Shown: positions 24,500 through 33,199 of the stretch, one piece after another
Layout of the letters: each line of letters opens with the position of its first letter
Position numbering within the stretch: the first letter of the stretch is position 1
Virus record (IMG/VR): IMGVR_UViG_3300035696_000035
Location: 1 to 64,000 of that record
Origin: a virus
DNA: 64,000 nucleotides
Strand: one strand, 5' to 3'
The notes under the pieces: generated by a model
The model's input: only the letters and a program-made list of their open reading frames with translations
Database searches by the model: none
What the model was told of the DNA's origin: nothing
Position numbers and translations under genes: made by a program

Positions 24500-24830
24500 T
24501 CGAACCCGTGGGGTTCGGGTTGACGTCCTTGGCGAAGGGGTCGCTGCCCACGTGCGGTGGCTCAGCCTCAGGCGGCACTGGACCGTAGCAGTCTTCTGGA
24601 CTGACGGCAGGGTTGATGAGGTGGTCGGGCATGCCTTCGCCCTCTGGGTCGCCCACGGTGTCGATGGCCTTAGCCGAGATCGCTCCCAGCTGCTCACGTG
24701 AGTTGATGTCGGGAGACAGCACGTTGCGGCCGTAGGGCTGGCCAGGGAACGAGTTGTTCGCTCCCACCTCACGCATCAGCGTCAGGCCCTCCCTGATGTA
24801 CGTTCGCAGCGTTCCTAGACGGACCAGCAC
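24474..24830 (-). CDS. hypothetical protein
   Basis: 118-aa ORF, last gene of a minus-strand block, convergent with 24152..24499. Confidence 0.35.
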   Translation of the reverse strand: MLVRLGTLRTYIREGLTLMREVGANNSFPGQPYGRNVLSPDINSREQLGAISAKAIDTVGDPEGEGMPDHLINPAVSPEDCYGPVPPEAEPPHVGSDPFAKDVNPNPTGSIKRGPTRV

Positions 24831-24844
24831 GTCTGGTAACTAGG

Positions 24845-25411
24845 TCAGTCGAACCTCAGTCCACGCCGCAAGCTGCCACCTGCACCGTCGACAACCAGGC
24901 TCCTCCCGGGTGAAGGGTGGGGCATGAAGGGCGGCTGCTTGTCGGGGCTCGGGAACGGGTTGGTCTCCGGGTGAGGAGCGCCATCGAGCACCACATCGTT
25001 GTCGAACGGGTCGGGTGCTCGGTCGAGCGGGGGAGGCGGGTCAGCCCTCTCGGGGACGGGTCCCTGGTCCTCGACATCGAGCGGGTCCGTCTTCACCGTC
25101 GGTGCGGCGCTGGGGAAGAGAGACGGGAAGTCCTCGTCTTTCGGTTCTTCTCGCTTGTTGTCGAGCGGGGGCAGCACCCGCCACGTCTCCACGTAGGCGA
25201 TGCCCGGCAGCAGGCGCTTCTTCAGGTAATGGGCGTGGGTCCACAGCTCGCTGATGGTGCGAGCAGCGCTGATGATGCCGTGCTCGATGTGGACGATGAC
25301 GGCGAAGCCCCGGTACTCCTCGAGGTCAGCTTGGTGTCGTTTGCACCATGGGTCGACCCAGGTCTGTGCGATCTGGCCGATCGCTTTCTCTGCCCTGTCC
25401 TTCTTGCCCAT
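24845..25411 (-). CDS. hypothetical protein with Pro-rich C-terminal half
   Basis: 188-aa ORF; N-terminal globular part then PxxP-rich low complexity. Confidence 0.4.
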   Translation of the reverse strand: MGKKDRAEKAIGQIAQTWVDPWCKRHQADLEEYRGFAVIVHIEHGIISAARTISELWTHAHYLKKRLLPGIAYVETWRVLPPLDNKREEPKDEDFPSLFPSAAPTVKTDPLDVEDQGPVPERADPPPPLDRAPDPFDNDVVLDGAPHPETNPFPSPDKQPPFMPHPSPGRSLVVDGAGGSLRRGLRFD

Positions 25412-25809
25412 CAGTCATCCTCCTCCACGTCATCGTCGTTGACCCTGATGACCGTCAGCGGGATCGCTTGCGCATCCTCGGCCTCATGGCCACAGTAGTG
25501 GCAGGTGTCCCCGTGCCCGTACGAGTGACCGTCCGTCACGCAACGGTGAGAAGGCGGGCTGACGTCTCGTTCGATGATGTAGGCACGTAGCTTGCCATCG
25601 TAGTCGACATGGTAGTCGAACACTGACGTGTCCTCGTCGGGACCGTTCTCCCAGCCATGTGCCTCGATGAGCTGGATCCAGCGTAGCCTCATGCTGGCGA
25701 GATGGCTCTTGAGCCTGCGGTTCTCAGTCAGGAGCTCAGTGCACCTGTTCTGTGTTGCTGTCAGGTTGTCGTAGACAGCTTGCAACTCACGTCGTTCTTC
25801 GTCGGTCAC
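25411..25809 (-). CDS. hypothetical coiled-coil protein with His/Cys cluster and acidic tail
   Basis: HRCVTDGHSYGHGDTCHYCGHE cluster. Confidence 0.4.
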   Translation of the reverse strand: MTDEERRELQAVYDNLTATQNRCTELLTENRRLKSHLASMRLRWIQLIEAHGWENGPDEDTSVFDYHVDYDGKLRAYIIERDVSPPSHRCVTDGHSYGHGDTCHYCGHEAEDAQAIPLTVIRVNDDDVEEDD

Positions 25810-26057
25810 TTGTCCAGCCCCAACGCCCGGCGCTCCTTGGGCGTCAGCTTTTCCAACGCTTCCTGACGGATGCGAACCTGCTCACCAGCCTCGTGCTTCT
25901 TGGCCCAGGCACGGAGTTTCTTGCTCATGTTGACTGTCGCGCCCTTGCCTTCGAGCTGGTCGAGCAGGTCAACCGCCTCGCACAGGAGGGGTTCGAGCTC
26001 AGCACGTAGCCGTGTCGCTTCGGTCCCATCTTGGGGATAGTCGTCTCTGCAAGGCAT
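25806..26057 (-). CDS. hypothetical protein
   Basis: 83-aa ORF, ATGA-coupled. Confidence 0.35.
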   Translation of the reverse strand: MPCRDDYPQDGTEATRLRAELEPLLCEAVDLLDQLEGKGATVNMSKKLRAWAKKHEAGEQVRIRQEALEKLTPKERRALGLDK

Positions 26058-26182
26058 GTGTCACTCCTTGGGATCGATGAGGGGCCGGTTGTCCAGGACA
26101 CTGTCGATGAGGATCGCCAGGCCCAGGAGTGCAGGCAGCCCGAGGTAGACGCACCAGTCACCGACAGTGTACCAGTCCATGG

Positions 26183-26575
26183 TCATCCGCCCTTCAGCTT
26201 GCCCCAGTCGCCGCCGACCAGAGCCTTCTCGATCGAGGCCTCGACCTTGGCGAGCGCTTCCTTGGCATCCTTGATCGCCTTGAGGCGCTCCTTCGAGAAA
26301 TGACCGTGGGCGAGCTTGCCCTCGGAGTCGAACGCCTCGATGTCGGGGCGGTTGACCTTGTTGAGCTCGGTGAGGCACTGGAAGCGCTTCTGCATCGCCT
26401 TGTCGAGCAAGTCGACGCGGCTGCTGACCTCTTTCTCGACGAGAGTGTCGATGTAGCGACGCTGCACCTCGGGGTTGCTGGCCTTGACACGCTCAGCGAC
26501 GGTGGCGAGCAGGCCTGAAGCCACGCTCTCCTTCGACTCCGACTGCGGCTGTCCCTGTCCTTCGTTCTCGCTCAT
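26183..26575 (-). CDS. hypothetical coiled-coil protein
   Basis: Trimmed to MSENEGQGQPQSE.. Confidence 0.4.
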   Translation of the reverse strand: MSENEGQGQPQSESKESVASGLLATVAERVKASNPEVQRRYIDTLVEKEVSSRVDLLDKAMQKRFQCLTELNKVNRPDIEAFDSEGKLAHGHFSKERLKAIKDAKEALAKVEASIEKALVGGDWGKLKGG

Positions 26576-26591
26576 GACCTTGTCATCCTTG

Positions 26592-26963
26592 TCAGCGGTG
26601 TTGCTTGAAGCAGACACACGGGGTTGCTCGATATTGTTTCCGGATCGCGTCTCTTGTTTCAGTTGCAAGCTGCAACGTATGATCGGGACCGAGTTGAGCG
26701 CTGTTGATGCCGTCGATCGGCAACAGTCGTTGCGGCAACTCGGGCCACGTCTCACCGTAGTGATAGTAGTTGCGCTTCGCTCGCGTCAGGTTGATCTGCG
26801 CTCGGATGTAGGGGAACAGCAAGCGCATGTGGCGGTCACAGAAGACGAGCGAGTCACGCTTGAGCAACTGACGCAGCAAGCGAGGCAGCAGTTCAGGCGT
26901 CAACGCGTCGGCCTGTTTCATGACCTCTCGCTCCAACGCCTCGAAGTCGAACGTCTCGCTCAT
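26592..26963 (-). CDS. hypothetical protein
   Basis: Trimmed to MSETFDFEALERE (ATGA overlap with 26960..27361). Confidence 0.4.
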   Translation of the reverse strand: MSETFDFEALEREVMKQADALTPELLPRLLRQLLKRDSLVFCDRHMRLLFPYIRAQINLTRAKRNYYHYGETWPELPQRLLPIDGINSAQLGPDHTLQLATETRDAIRKQYRATPCVCFKQHR

Positions 26964-27361
26964 TGGATGATCTCGTTCCAAGTGGGCCATACCGCGACGA
27001 TTCCGTATGGGCTGCCCGACTCGGGTCCGTGACCCTTGCGCCAGGACAACCGGAACTCGCCCCCAGCTTTCAGATGGAACGCTCCTGCCACTGGTTCGGG
27101 CATCTTGGGTCGCTCCTGGCCCCGCAACTCTCGGGTTACCCACTCCCAGGCGTAGTCGGCGACGTCACGCCAGTCCATCGGCTTGCGAAGCTTCTGGGCA
27201 CCCTTCCAGTCTTCGCTGGGATCATGCCAGAAGACCACCAGACAGCCTGACTCCTTGTCGATGAGGAAGTGTGTGGCCTCCCGGTGTGTCAGGAAGGCCA
27301 GCTGCATCGCGAGGTCGAACGCGTCTTTCGACGAGCTCTCGACTTCCACCTCATGGTTCAT
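26960..27361 (-). CDS. hypothetical protein
   Basis: Trimmed to MNHEVEVESSSKD; first gene of minus block next to divergent region 27362-27404. Confidence 0.4.
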   Translation of the reverse strand: MNHEVEVESSSKDAFDLAMQLAFLTHREATHFLIDKESGCLVVFWHDPSEDWKGAQKLRKPMDWRDVADYAWEWVTRELRGQERPKMPEPVAGAFHLKAGGEFRLSWRKGHGPESGSPYGIVAVWPTWNEIIQ

Positions 27362-27404
27362 GTTAGCAGTGTACCAACTTCGCCGAGCGAGATACACTAC
27401 TACC
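27362..27404. promoter_or_regulatory. divergent intergenic region with AGTGTACCA motif
   Basis: cAGTGTACCAact between minus and plus gene blocks. Confidence 0.3.
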
Positions 27405-27767
27405 ATGGCCAAGCCGACACCCGCCCAATTCACAGCGCAAGTCCAATGGATCCGCGCAGTCGGTATCGGAGCGCGGGTGATGCTGTTGGCACCGGCAGTG
27501 GCGGCACACCCGTTCCACTGCAACGTCCTCGCGTTGAGCGGCGACAAGCACGAGCAGGTCACCTTCGGCTTCGACAACTCTCCCAACAGCCCGTTCCCAC
27601 CCGGCTGCCAGTTCAGGATCATCGTTGAAGAGAGACGACGTCACTTGACCGTCGTTGCTTCAGGCGTCGTCGATTCGCCTCCAGGAACACCAGCTCCCGC
27701 AGCACGGACAACGAGCCCGCCACCGAGACAGACCCAACGTCCGCCGCGCCGGAGCCTCCCATCATGA
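27405..27767 (+). CDS. hypothetical protein
   Basis: Trimmed to MAKPTPAQFTAQ; Pro/Arg-rich C-terminus may be over-extension. Confidence 0.3.
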   Translation: MAKPTPAQFTAQVQWIRAVGIGARVMLLAPAVAAHPFHCNVLALSGDKHEQVTFGFDNSPNSPFPPGCQFRIIVEERRRHLTVVASGVVDSPPGTPAPAARTTSPPPRQTQRPPRRSLPS

Positions 27768-28093
27768 TCAGAAGGATGTTCGACAAGCTACAGGTCTTCT
27801 TCTACCTCGCAGGCTTCCCACGCCTGGCGGCCTTCCTCGGCAGGTTCGGAACTCCACCGTTGCCGGCCAGTGACAACGAGGACGACCGCATCACCCTGCC
27901 CGACATCGAAATCGACATTGAGATCGATACCTCCGAGCTAGAGGGTAGGGCAGGACCGGGTTGGTCGCTCGATGAACCTCCGCCTGAACCGCTTCGTATC
28001 ATCAACTTCGACCCAACCTTCAACAACCCCGACCCGCGGATCGACCCGGCTCGTGACCTGGCGTTCCCCTCCAGCAAGCTGGATGTGAACTGA
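27764..28093 (+). CDS. hypothetical protein
   Basis: 109-aa ORF. Confidence 0.35.
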   Translation: MIRRMFDKLQVFFYLAGFPRLAAFLGRFGTPPLPASDNEDDRITLPDIEIDIEIDTSELEGRAGPGWSLDEPPPEPLRIINFDPTFNNPDPRIDPARDLAFPSSKLDVN

Positions 28094-28123
28094 TCTCTCC
28101 TGGGGTGGTACAATCCACCCGTC

Positions 28124-28927
28124 ATGGGAAGGTTGATCCTTGTAGGTGATCTGCACGGCTGCCGGCGAGAAGCCGAAGAGCTGTTGCAGAAGTGTGACGC
28201 TCGAGCCGAGGATCACGTCCTGTTCTTGGGAGACCTGGTCGATCGTGGTCCAGACAGCGCGGGCTGCGTAGACCTAGCCCTTAGGATCGAGGGGCGACAG
28301 GGGAAGCCTGCCTGCATCCTCGGCAACCACGAGGAGAAGCACCTCTTCTACGAGGACATCCGCGAACGCAAGGGCCACGTCAACGTCGACATCCCGACTC
28401 ACATCGAAACCCGCAAACAGCTGAAGCGGTACCACTACGACTATTTCCGGGCGATGCCGAAGTTCATCCGCTTCCCGGAGCACAACGTCGTCGCCGTCCA
28501 TGCTGGCGTCTTCCCGGGTCGCCCCATCGAGAAGCAAAGCGATAGGCACCTGCTCCACATCCAGAGCATCAAGCCCTGGGCTTTCAACGACCAAGGCAAG
28601 ATGGTGATGAACGAGAAGTCGTTGTGGCCCAGCCGCATCGGTCCCGGTGAAGAGGGCTGGAAGTTCTGGCACCACTTCTGGGACGGACCGGAGCGCATCG
28701 CCTTCGGGCACAGCGTCCTCAACAAGCCCCTGATCACCGACAAGGTCATCGGCATCGACGGCGGCGCGTGTTTCGGCCTGGAGCTGTGGGCCTACATCTT
28801 GCCCGACAACCAGCTCGTCAGCGTCAAGGGCAAGGGCAAGCACGACCAAGAAGACCTGGACCGTCGAGGCAACCACGACCGCAAGCTCTTCATCATTGAC
28901 GAAGAACACGGGGTCGGGACGTACTGA
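28124..28927 (+). CDS. PPP-family Ser/Thr protein phosphatase (calcineurin-like metallophosphoesterase)
   Basis: GDLHG, GDLVDRG, GNHE signature motifs. Confidence 0.8.
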   Translation: MGRLILVGDLHGCRREAEELLQKCDARAEDHVLFLGDLVDRGPDSAGCVDLALRIEGRQGKPACILGNHEEKHLFYEDIRERKGHVNVDIPTHIETRKQLKRYHYDYFRAMPKFIRFPEHNVVAVHAGVFPGRPIEKQSDRHLLHIQSIKPWAFNDQGKMVMNEKSLWPSRIGPGEEGWKFWHHFWDGPERIAFGHSVLNKPLITDKVIGIDGGACFGLELWAYILPDNQLVSVKGKGKHDQEDLDRRGNHDRKLFIIDEEHGVGTY

Positions 28928-29083
28928 TGAGCCAGACGGACCGCGCCAAGAAGAAAGCGAAAGCGAAGACCAGCGCTGGTTGGAACCGCGACCGGATGAA
29001 TGAGACCCACCGGAAGGGCAAACGCCAGGCAAAGAAGCAGGTTCGCAGGGCGCGGCGGCGTGTTCCCGTCAACGAGGAGGAAA
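28921..29083 (+). CDS. small highly basic protein (53 aa, below cutoff)
   Basis: Own translation: MSQTDRAKKKAKAKTSAGWNRDRMNETHRKGKRQAKKQVRRARRRVPVNEEET; ATGA-coupled to phosphatase stop. Confidence 0.3.
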
Positions 29084-29084
29084 C

Positions 29085-29696
29085 TTGAGAAGCCAACAGA
29101 TGCAGCAGTTCGTCACTCCCGATGAGAACCATGGGTGTGAACACCTTTTCGTCTACCGTGAGCACCGGTGCAGCCAGACCCCAAACGTCCTGACGGCGTT
29201 GGACCAGCTGAGCGATGCCATCAAGGACGACCCGGCGAAGACTATCATCGAGGTGGGTACCCTTTTCGGCGCCTTCACCCGGATCCTACAGGACCATGAC
29301 ATCAGCGCCGCCGCTGCGATCCACACCTTCGATGTCGTTGTCACGATGCCCAAGGTCGTCGGTGTCACCCACCACCTGGGCAACGTCTTCGGGCACCAAC
29401 TGGCGACAGTGAGGTCGCTCATCGAGGCTCCAGGCCGGTGTCTGGTCTTCTGCGACGGCGGGGATAAGGAACGCGAGGTCAACACCTTCAGCGACTTCCT
29501 CAAGCCCGGTGACATCATCATGTGCCACGACTACGCTCGAGACCCAAAGTTGGCTGGAAGCGAAGCGTATGGGAAGTGGCCCAGCTACGAGAGCTCCTAC
29601 GCCAACATGGAGGTCGCCCTGGCTCGAAACAACTGCGTGCCCTTCATGGAAATCCAGATGCAACGTGCCGCCTGGGGCTGTTTCATCAGAGGCTAG
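29085..29696 (+). CDS. putative class-I SAM-dependent O-methyltransferase (CmcI/TylF-like)
   Basis: KTIIEVGTLFGAFTRIL resembles CmcI-family glycine-rich SAM motif; DGGDKE acidic motif. Confidence 0.45.
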   Translation: MRSQQMQQFVTPDENHGCEHLFVYREHRCSQTPNVLTALDQLSDAIKDDPAKTIIEVGTLFGAFTRILQDHDISAAAAIHTFDVVVTMPKVVGVTHHLGNVFGHQLATVRSLIEAPGRCLVFCDGGDKEREVNTFSDFLKPGDIIMCHDYARDPKLAGSEAYGKWPSYESSYANMEVALARNNCVPFMEIQMQRAAWGCFIRG

Positions 29697-29961
29697 GGTA
29701 CCCGTTGGTGCCCTCGAAGAACTTGTCGAGGAGCTTCTTGGCCTGCTCCACCGTGATGCCGGCGTGCTCGGCGTACATCTTCAGGTGCTGCTCGTCGCGG
29801 GAGTCCTGCTCCAGGCGACGCATGTCACCGCGGATCATCGACCTGACGACCTCGTCTGGTCCCACCGCGTAGGCACCCGTCACCGGGTCGGTGTGGGTGT
29901 AGCCGGGACCACCGAGCTGGTTGCGCCCGACAACCCGAGCGTAGGACATCGGGTAGCCCAT
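29686..29961 (-). CDS. hypothetical protein
   Basis: 91-aa ORF. Confidence 0.4.
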   Translation of the reverse strand: MGYPMSYARVVGRNQLGGPGYTHTDPVTGAYAVGPDEVVRSMIRGDMRRLEQDSRDEQHLKMYAEHAGITVEQAKKLLDKFFEGTNGYPSL

Positions 29962-30389
29962 CAGGTCCCCTGACGGCTGGTGTCGATGTGCTTCGCCATG
30001 TGGGCGTGTTCAGCTTCCCACTGCTCTTTCGCCTGCTCGACGTCAGCGGCCGTGGCGGGACCCGAGTAGTCCTCTTGCTTCCACACGTCGTAGCGACGCT
30101 CGGATGAGTGACTACCGAAGCCCACGCTGATCAACAGAAAGGGTTCGTGTCCAGGTGCATGGACCGTGGTGAAGCCCTTGATCTCGCCAGCGTGCTCACG
30201 ACCACGGTGATCCTTGACCATGACCCAGTCGCCTGCCTTGAAACCGTCGTGCTCCTCGACCTTCTCGTGGAAGGGAACGCCACGTTGGTGGGCCTTCTCC
30301 TTCGTCCAGGGTCCGGTATCAACGGGCCGCTTGGGCCGGTACTTGGCGTCGCGGAGGAGGCCGCGAACCTGCCCCATCGTGGTCTTCAT
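29961..30389 (-). CDS. hypothetical protein
   Basis: 142-aa ORF. Confidence 0.4.
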   Translation of the reverse strand: MKTTMGQVRGLLRDAKYRPKRPVDTGPWTKEKAHQRGVPFHEKVEEHDGFKAGDWVMVKDHRGREHAGEIKGFTTVHAPGHEPFLLISVGFGSHSSERRYDVWKQEDYSGPATAADVEQAKEQWEAEHAHMAKHIDTSRQGT

Positions 30390-30401
30390 GATCGAATACT
30401 C

Positions 30402-30605
30402 TCAGGAGCTAGACTTGCCGGTCAGCAGCGGCCCCCAGACCGTCTTCCAGTCTGAGGCGACCATGATGCCCGTGATGACGGCGATGCCGCCCGTCGCAAC
30501 GGGCGCCAGCAGGGGCAGCTTGGTGCCAAGCAGGAAGTAGAGGCACAGCGCTGTCATTCCGAGGCACATGACAAGGCTGAAGATGGGACCGAGGTACTTG
30601 CTCAT
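30402..30605 (-). CDS. small two-TM membrane protein
   Basis: IFSLVMCLGMTALCLYFLL and GGIAVITGIMVA helices. Confidence 0.4.
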   Translation of the reverse strand: MSKYLGPIFSLVMCLGMTALCLYFLLGTKLPLLAPVATGGIAVITGIMVASDWKTVWGPLLTGKSSS

Positions 30606-30779
30606 GGCTTGTAACTATCGATCTCGTGGTCCTTGAGGTAGAACCACCCGACCCCCACCAGCATCCCGCCCATCACCAGGAGCCGGGGGACGTCATCGAA
30701 CCCGATCAACAGGTAGCACGAGGCCCCGGCGACCAGGGCACCCACGAACAGGAGGGGCCAGCGAAATCTCTCCACGTAA
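30603..30779 (-). CDS. small membrane protein (58 aa, below cutoff)
   Basis: Own translation of minus strand: VERFRWPLLFVGALVAGASCYLLIGFDDVPRLLVMGGMLVGVGWFYLKDHEIDSYKP; ATGA-coupled to 30402..30605. Confidence 0.3.
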
Positions 30780-30836
30780 CCTCACTGTAACACGCTGGTG
30801 ACACCGGTTGCACCTACTTAGACGCGGAGGAACCCA

Positions 30837-31571
30837 ATGACCAAGATGGACCGCTACGCAGTCATCAACGACTCAACCGTCGTCACTGATGCACAGGTGC
30901 AGGAGATGTGGAAGGCCGTGAAGAACCAGATGTTCTACCACGTTTGCCCGGCTTGGAACCGTCCCTTCATGGACAGCGTCTTCGTCGCCAAGGGCGGCAC
31001 CACACCCGCTGACTGCTACCCGATCTACATCCTGGACAACGCTGACGTGGCGGGAGCCCTGGGCTACCACACCGAGGACCCGGGTGGCAGCGTCTACGGC
31101 CGCGTCTTCGCCGAGACCGTCCTCGCTGCAACTGGTTCAATCCTCAATGGCTCGCTGTCGGTCAGCGCCTGCCTCAGCCACGAGGCTATCGAGTTCTTCA
31201 TTGACAAGCACTGCGACCTGTGGGCACAGTACGACCAGACGCACATGGTCGCCTATGAGGCCTGTGACCCGGTCGAGAACGACAGCTACAACGTCAAGGG
31301 CATGACCCAAGAGGTCGCCGTCAGCAACTTCGTCCTGGACGCATGGTTCGACGCTCAGTCGACCGCGGCGGGCACCCAGTGGGACTACATGAAGACGACA
31401 ACGGGTCCGCTGAAGATGTCGTCGGGTGGTTACATTGTCCTGTTGGACTGCACCACCAACCAGACCTCGCAGCAGTTCGGTTCCAGAGAAGCAGAAGTCC
31501 TCCACAACCTGGTCAAACCCGCCCACCCTGCAGCCCGTGCATCACGTCGGGCAGTCGGCCACGGTCACTGA
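30837..31571 (+). CDS. hypothetical protein
   Basis: 244-aa ORF after GGAGG RBS. Confidence 0.45.
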   Translation: MTKMDRYAVINDSTVVTDAQVQEMWKAVKNQMFYHVCPAWNRPFMDSVFVAKGGTTPADCYPIYILDNADVAGALGYHTEDPGGSVYGRVFAETVLAATGSILNGSLSVSACLSHEAIEFFIDKHCDLWAQYDQTHMVAYEACDPVENDSYNVKGMTQEVAVSNFVLDAWFDAQSTAAGTQWDYMKTTTGPLKMSSGGYIVLLDCTTNQTSQQFGSREAEVLHNLVKPAHPAARASRRAVGHGH

Positions 31572-31575
31572 AGCG

Positions 31576-31845
31576 TCAGTGACGCCAGGTCACTCGGCCC
31601 TTGGTAACGTCATAGGGTGACACCTCGATCGTTACGTTGTCTCCTGGTAGCAGCCGGATCCTGTTGATCCGCAGCTTGCCTGACAGCGTACAGACGACGG
31701 TGTTGCCCATTGTCGTCTTCACCCGGAACAGCGTTCCGGGCATTGCTTCCTCAACGCGGCCCTCGAACTCGAGGCGGTCTTCCCGTACCTCCTGCTCGGT
31801 TGTAGACCCTTGCGCCTGGTTGACCCATCTCCGTCTCTTGCTCAT
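31576..31845 (-). CDS. infA: translation initiation factor IF-1 (S1-like OB fold) with about 24-aa N-terminal extension
   Basis: EFEGRVEEAMPGTLFRVKTTMGNTVVCTLSGKLRINRIRLLPGDNVTIEVSPYDVTKGRVTWR aligns along full length to bacterial IF1 ([50 protein letters not shown]). Confidence 0.75.
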   Translation of the reverse strand: MSKRRRWVNQAQGSTTEQEVREDRLEFEGRVEEAMPGTLFRVKTTMGNTVVCTLSGKLRINRIRLLPGDNVTIEVSPYDVTKGRVTWRH

Positions 31846-32108
31846 TGTCCTCGTTGTCTTCTTCTTCTGGTCCGCCGAGTCCCGGCGGGGGTGACATCAT
31901 GCTCGCTTCGCGGTTGCTTCCACTGGAGTTGCCGCCGCTGCCACCGAAGCCGGAGCCGCCACCGTCCATGAAGAAGCCCGCTGAGTTGCGGTTGTCATCG
32001 TCGACACCGAACTCCAGCAACCGCCGGATCTCCAGCCTCAGCTCGCGCAGCGTGGTCTTCACGAGCTATATCTAGGGGCTTCTGTGATGTACAGATCTTG
32101 TCTGGACC

Positions 32109-32498
32109 ATGGCGAAACAGCGGAAACATGTGTACGTTCCCATCCCGTGTAAGGGATGTAGACAAGAGTTCACTCCCAAGGCTTCGTGCCAGAAGTTCTG
32201 CGTCATATGCATCCCCAACAAGAAGGCTCAGGGGCGTCGCCAGATCTACGGCCTCACGCAGCCTGAGTTTGAGAGGATGTTGCAAGAGCAAGACGGGAAG
32301 TGCTTCTTTTGCAGACGCGATTTCGCCGCAATGTTCAACGGCAAGTTTTCTCCGATCTGCGTTGACCATGACCATCAGACGAACCGCGTACGAGGTTTGC
32401 TGTGTCGGAAGTGTAACATGCTCTTGGGCTGGTTGGAGCTGTGCCCTCCCGGCATCCTGCGAAAGATCGAGAGCTACCTCAGTCATCCGTGTATCTGA
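32109..32498 (+). CDS. endonuclease VII-like (HNH-type) nuclease
   Basis: VDHDHQTNRVRGLLCRKCNMLLG core; CxxC pairs at N-terminus. Confidence 0.7.
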   Translation: MAKQRKHVYVPIPCKGCRQEFTPKASCQKFCVICIPNKKAQGRRQIYGLTQPEFERMLQEQDGKCFFCRRDFAAMFNGKFSPICVDHDHQTNRVRGLLCRKCNMLLGWLELCPPGILRKIESYLSHPCI

Positions 32499-32892
32499 CT
32501 CGGGTGCCTTCTGGACCCGTCGACAGCGACCCAAAGCACATCAGTGACGTCGAGTGGTCAATGGCCCATCCGGCGGAGATCTCGTAGCTGCCCGTCATCA
32601 CGTACTCGAGGGTCTGGCCATGGTCGATCGGGACCACCCAGACGTTGGCCTTGGGCAACCCCTCGGCCATCTGGGTTTCCCAATCGATCTCACGGATGTA
32701 GCCGTCGCCAGTGATGAAGACGATGTCCCCGCTTGGGTGACGCCCCGACGCAAAGATCAGGTCGGCGCGGTTGTCGGCCTTCCTAGCTTCTTCCAGCTCA
32801 CGTGGTGCCAAGAGCCTCATGTACTCCGGCAGCTCGATCGTGACTGGCCCCTCGGCATGGATGCTAGCGTGGGGGTCGAGGGTCAGTTCCAT
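32479..32892 (-). CDS. hypothetical protein
   Basis: 137-aa ORF. Confidence 0.4.
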   Translation of the reverse strand: MELTLDPHASIHAEGPVTIELPEYMRLLAPRELEEARKADNRADLIFASGRHPSGDIVFITGDGYIREIDWETQMAEGLPKANVWVVPIDHGQTLEYVMTGSYEISAGWAIDHSTSLMCFGSLSTGPEGTRVRYTDD

Positions 32893-32930
32893 TCCCGTTT
32901 ATGGTACATCCATGACGTAAGTAGTACACT

Positions 32931-33188
32931 TTGGAGGTGAGTGCCCCTGACTTGCTGCCTGGAGACCTCATCAGGATCACGGGCGTCTTCAACGTGTCAG
33001 GAAGCCCCGTCCTCGCCAAGGGCCAGGAAGCGTTGGTGATCTCAACGCCTGGCGTTTTTCCTGACCAACGAGAGGCGTTGCTCCTTACAGACGGTCGTTT
33101 GGTCACCATCGCTGACTGGTGGCTGCGAGCGAACTGCGACGTGTTGAACGACCCCACACCTGGTCGCTCCCGGCCAGGCCACGTCTGA
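32931..33188 (+). CDS. family-A paralog
   Basis: LLPGDLIRITG..ALVIST.. Confidence 0.45.
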   Translation: MEVSAPDLLPGDLIRITGVFNVSGSPVLAKGQEALVISTPGVFPDQREALLLTDGRLVTIADWWLRANCDVLNDPTPGRSRPGHV

Positions 33189-33199
33189 TAGGTACTTGC

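Noticed and set aside
31751-32062. 103-aa Gly/Ser/acidic ORF overlapping IF1 start
   Set aside because: Not listed as a feature because of the 95-nt overlap with a confidently homologous gene and its low-complexity composition. It is flagged in findings instead
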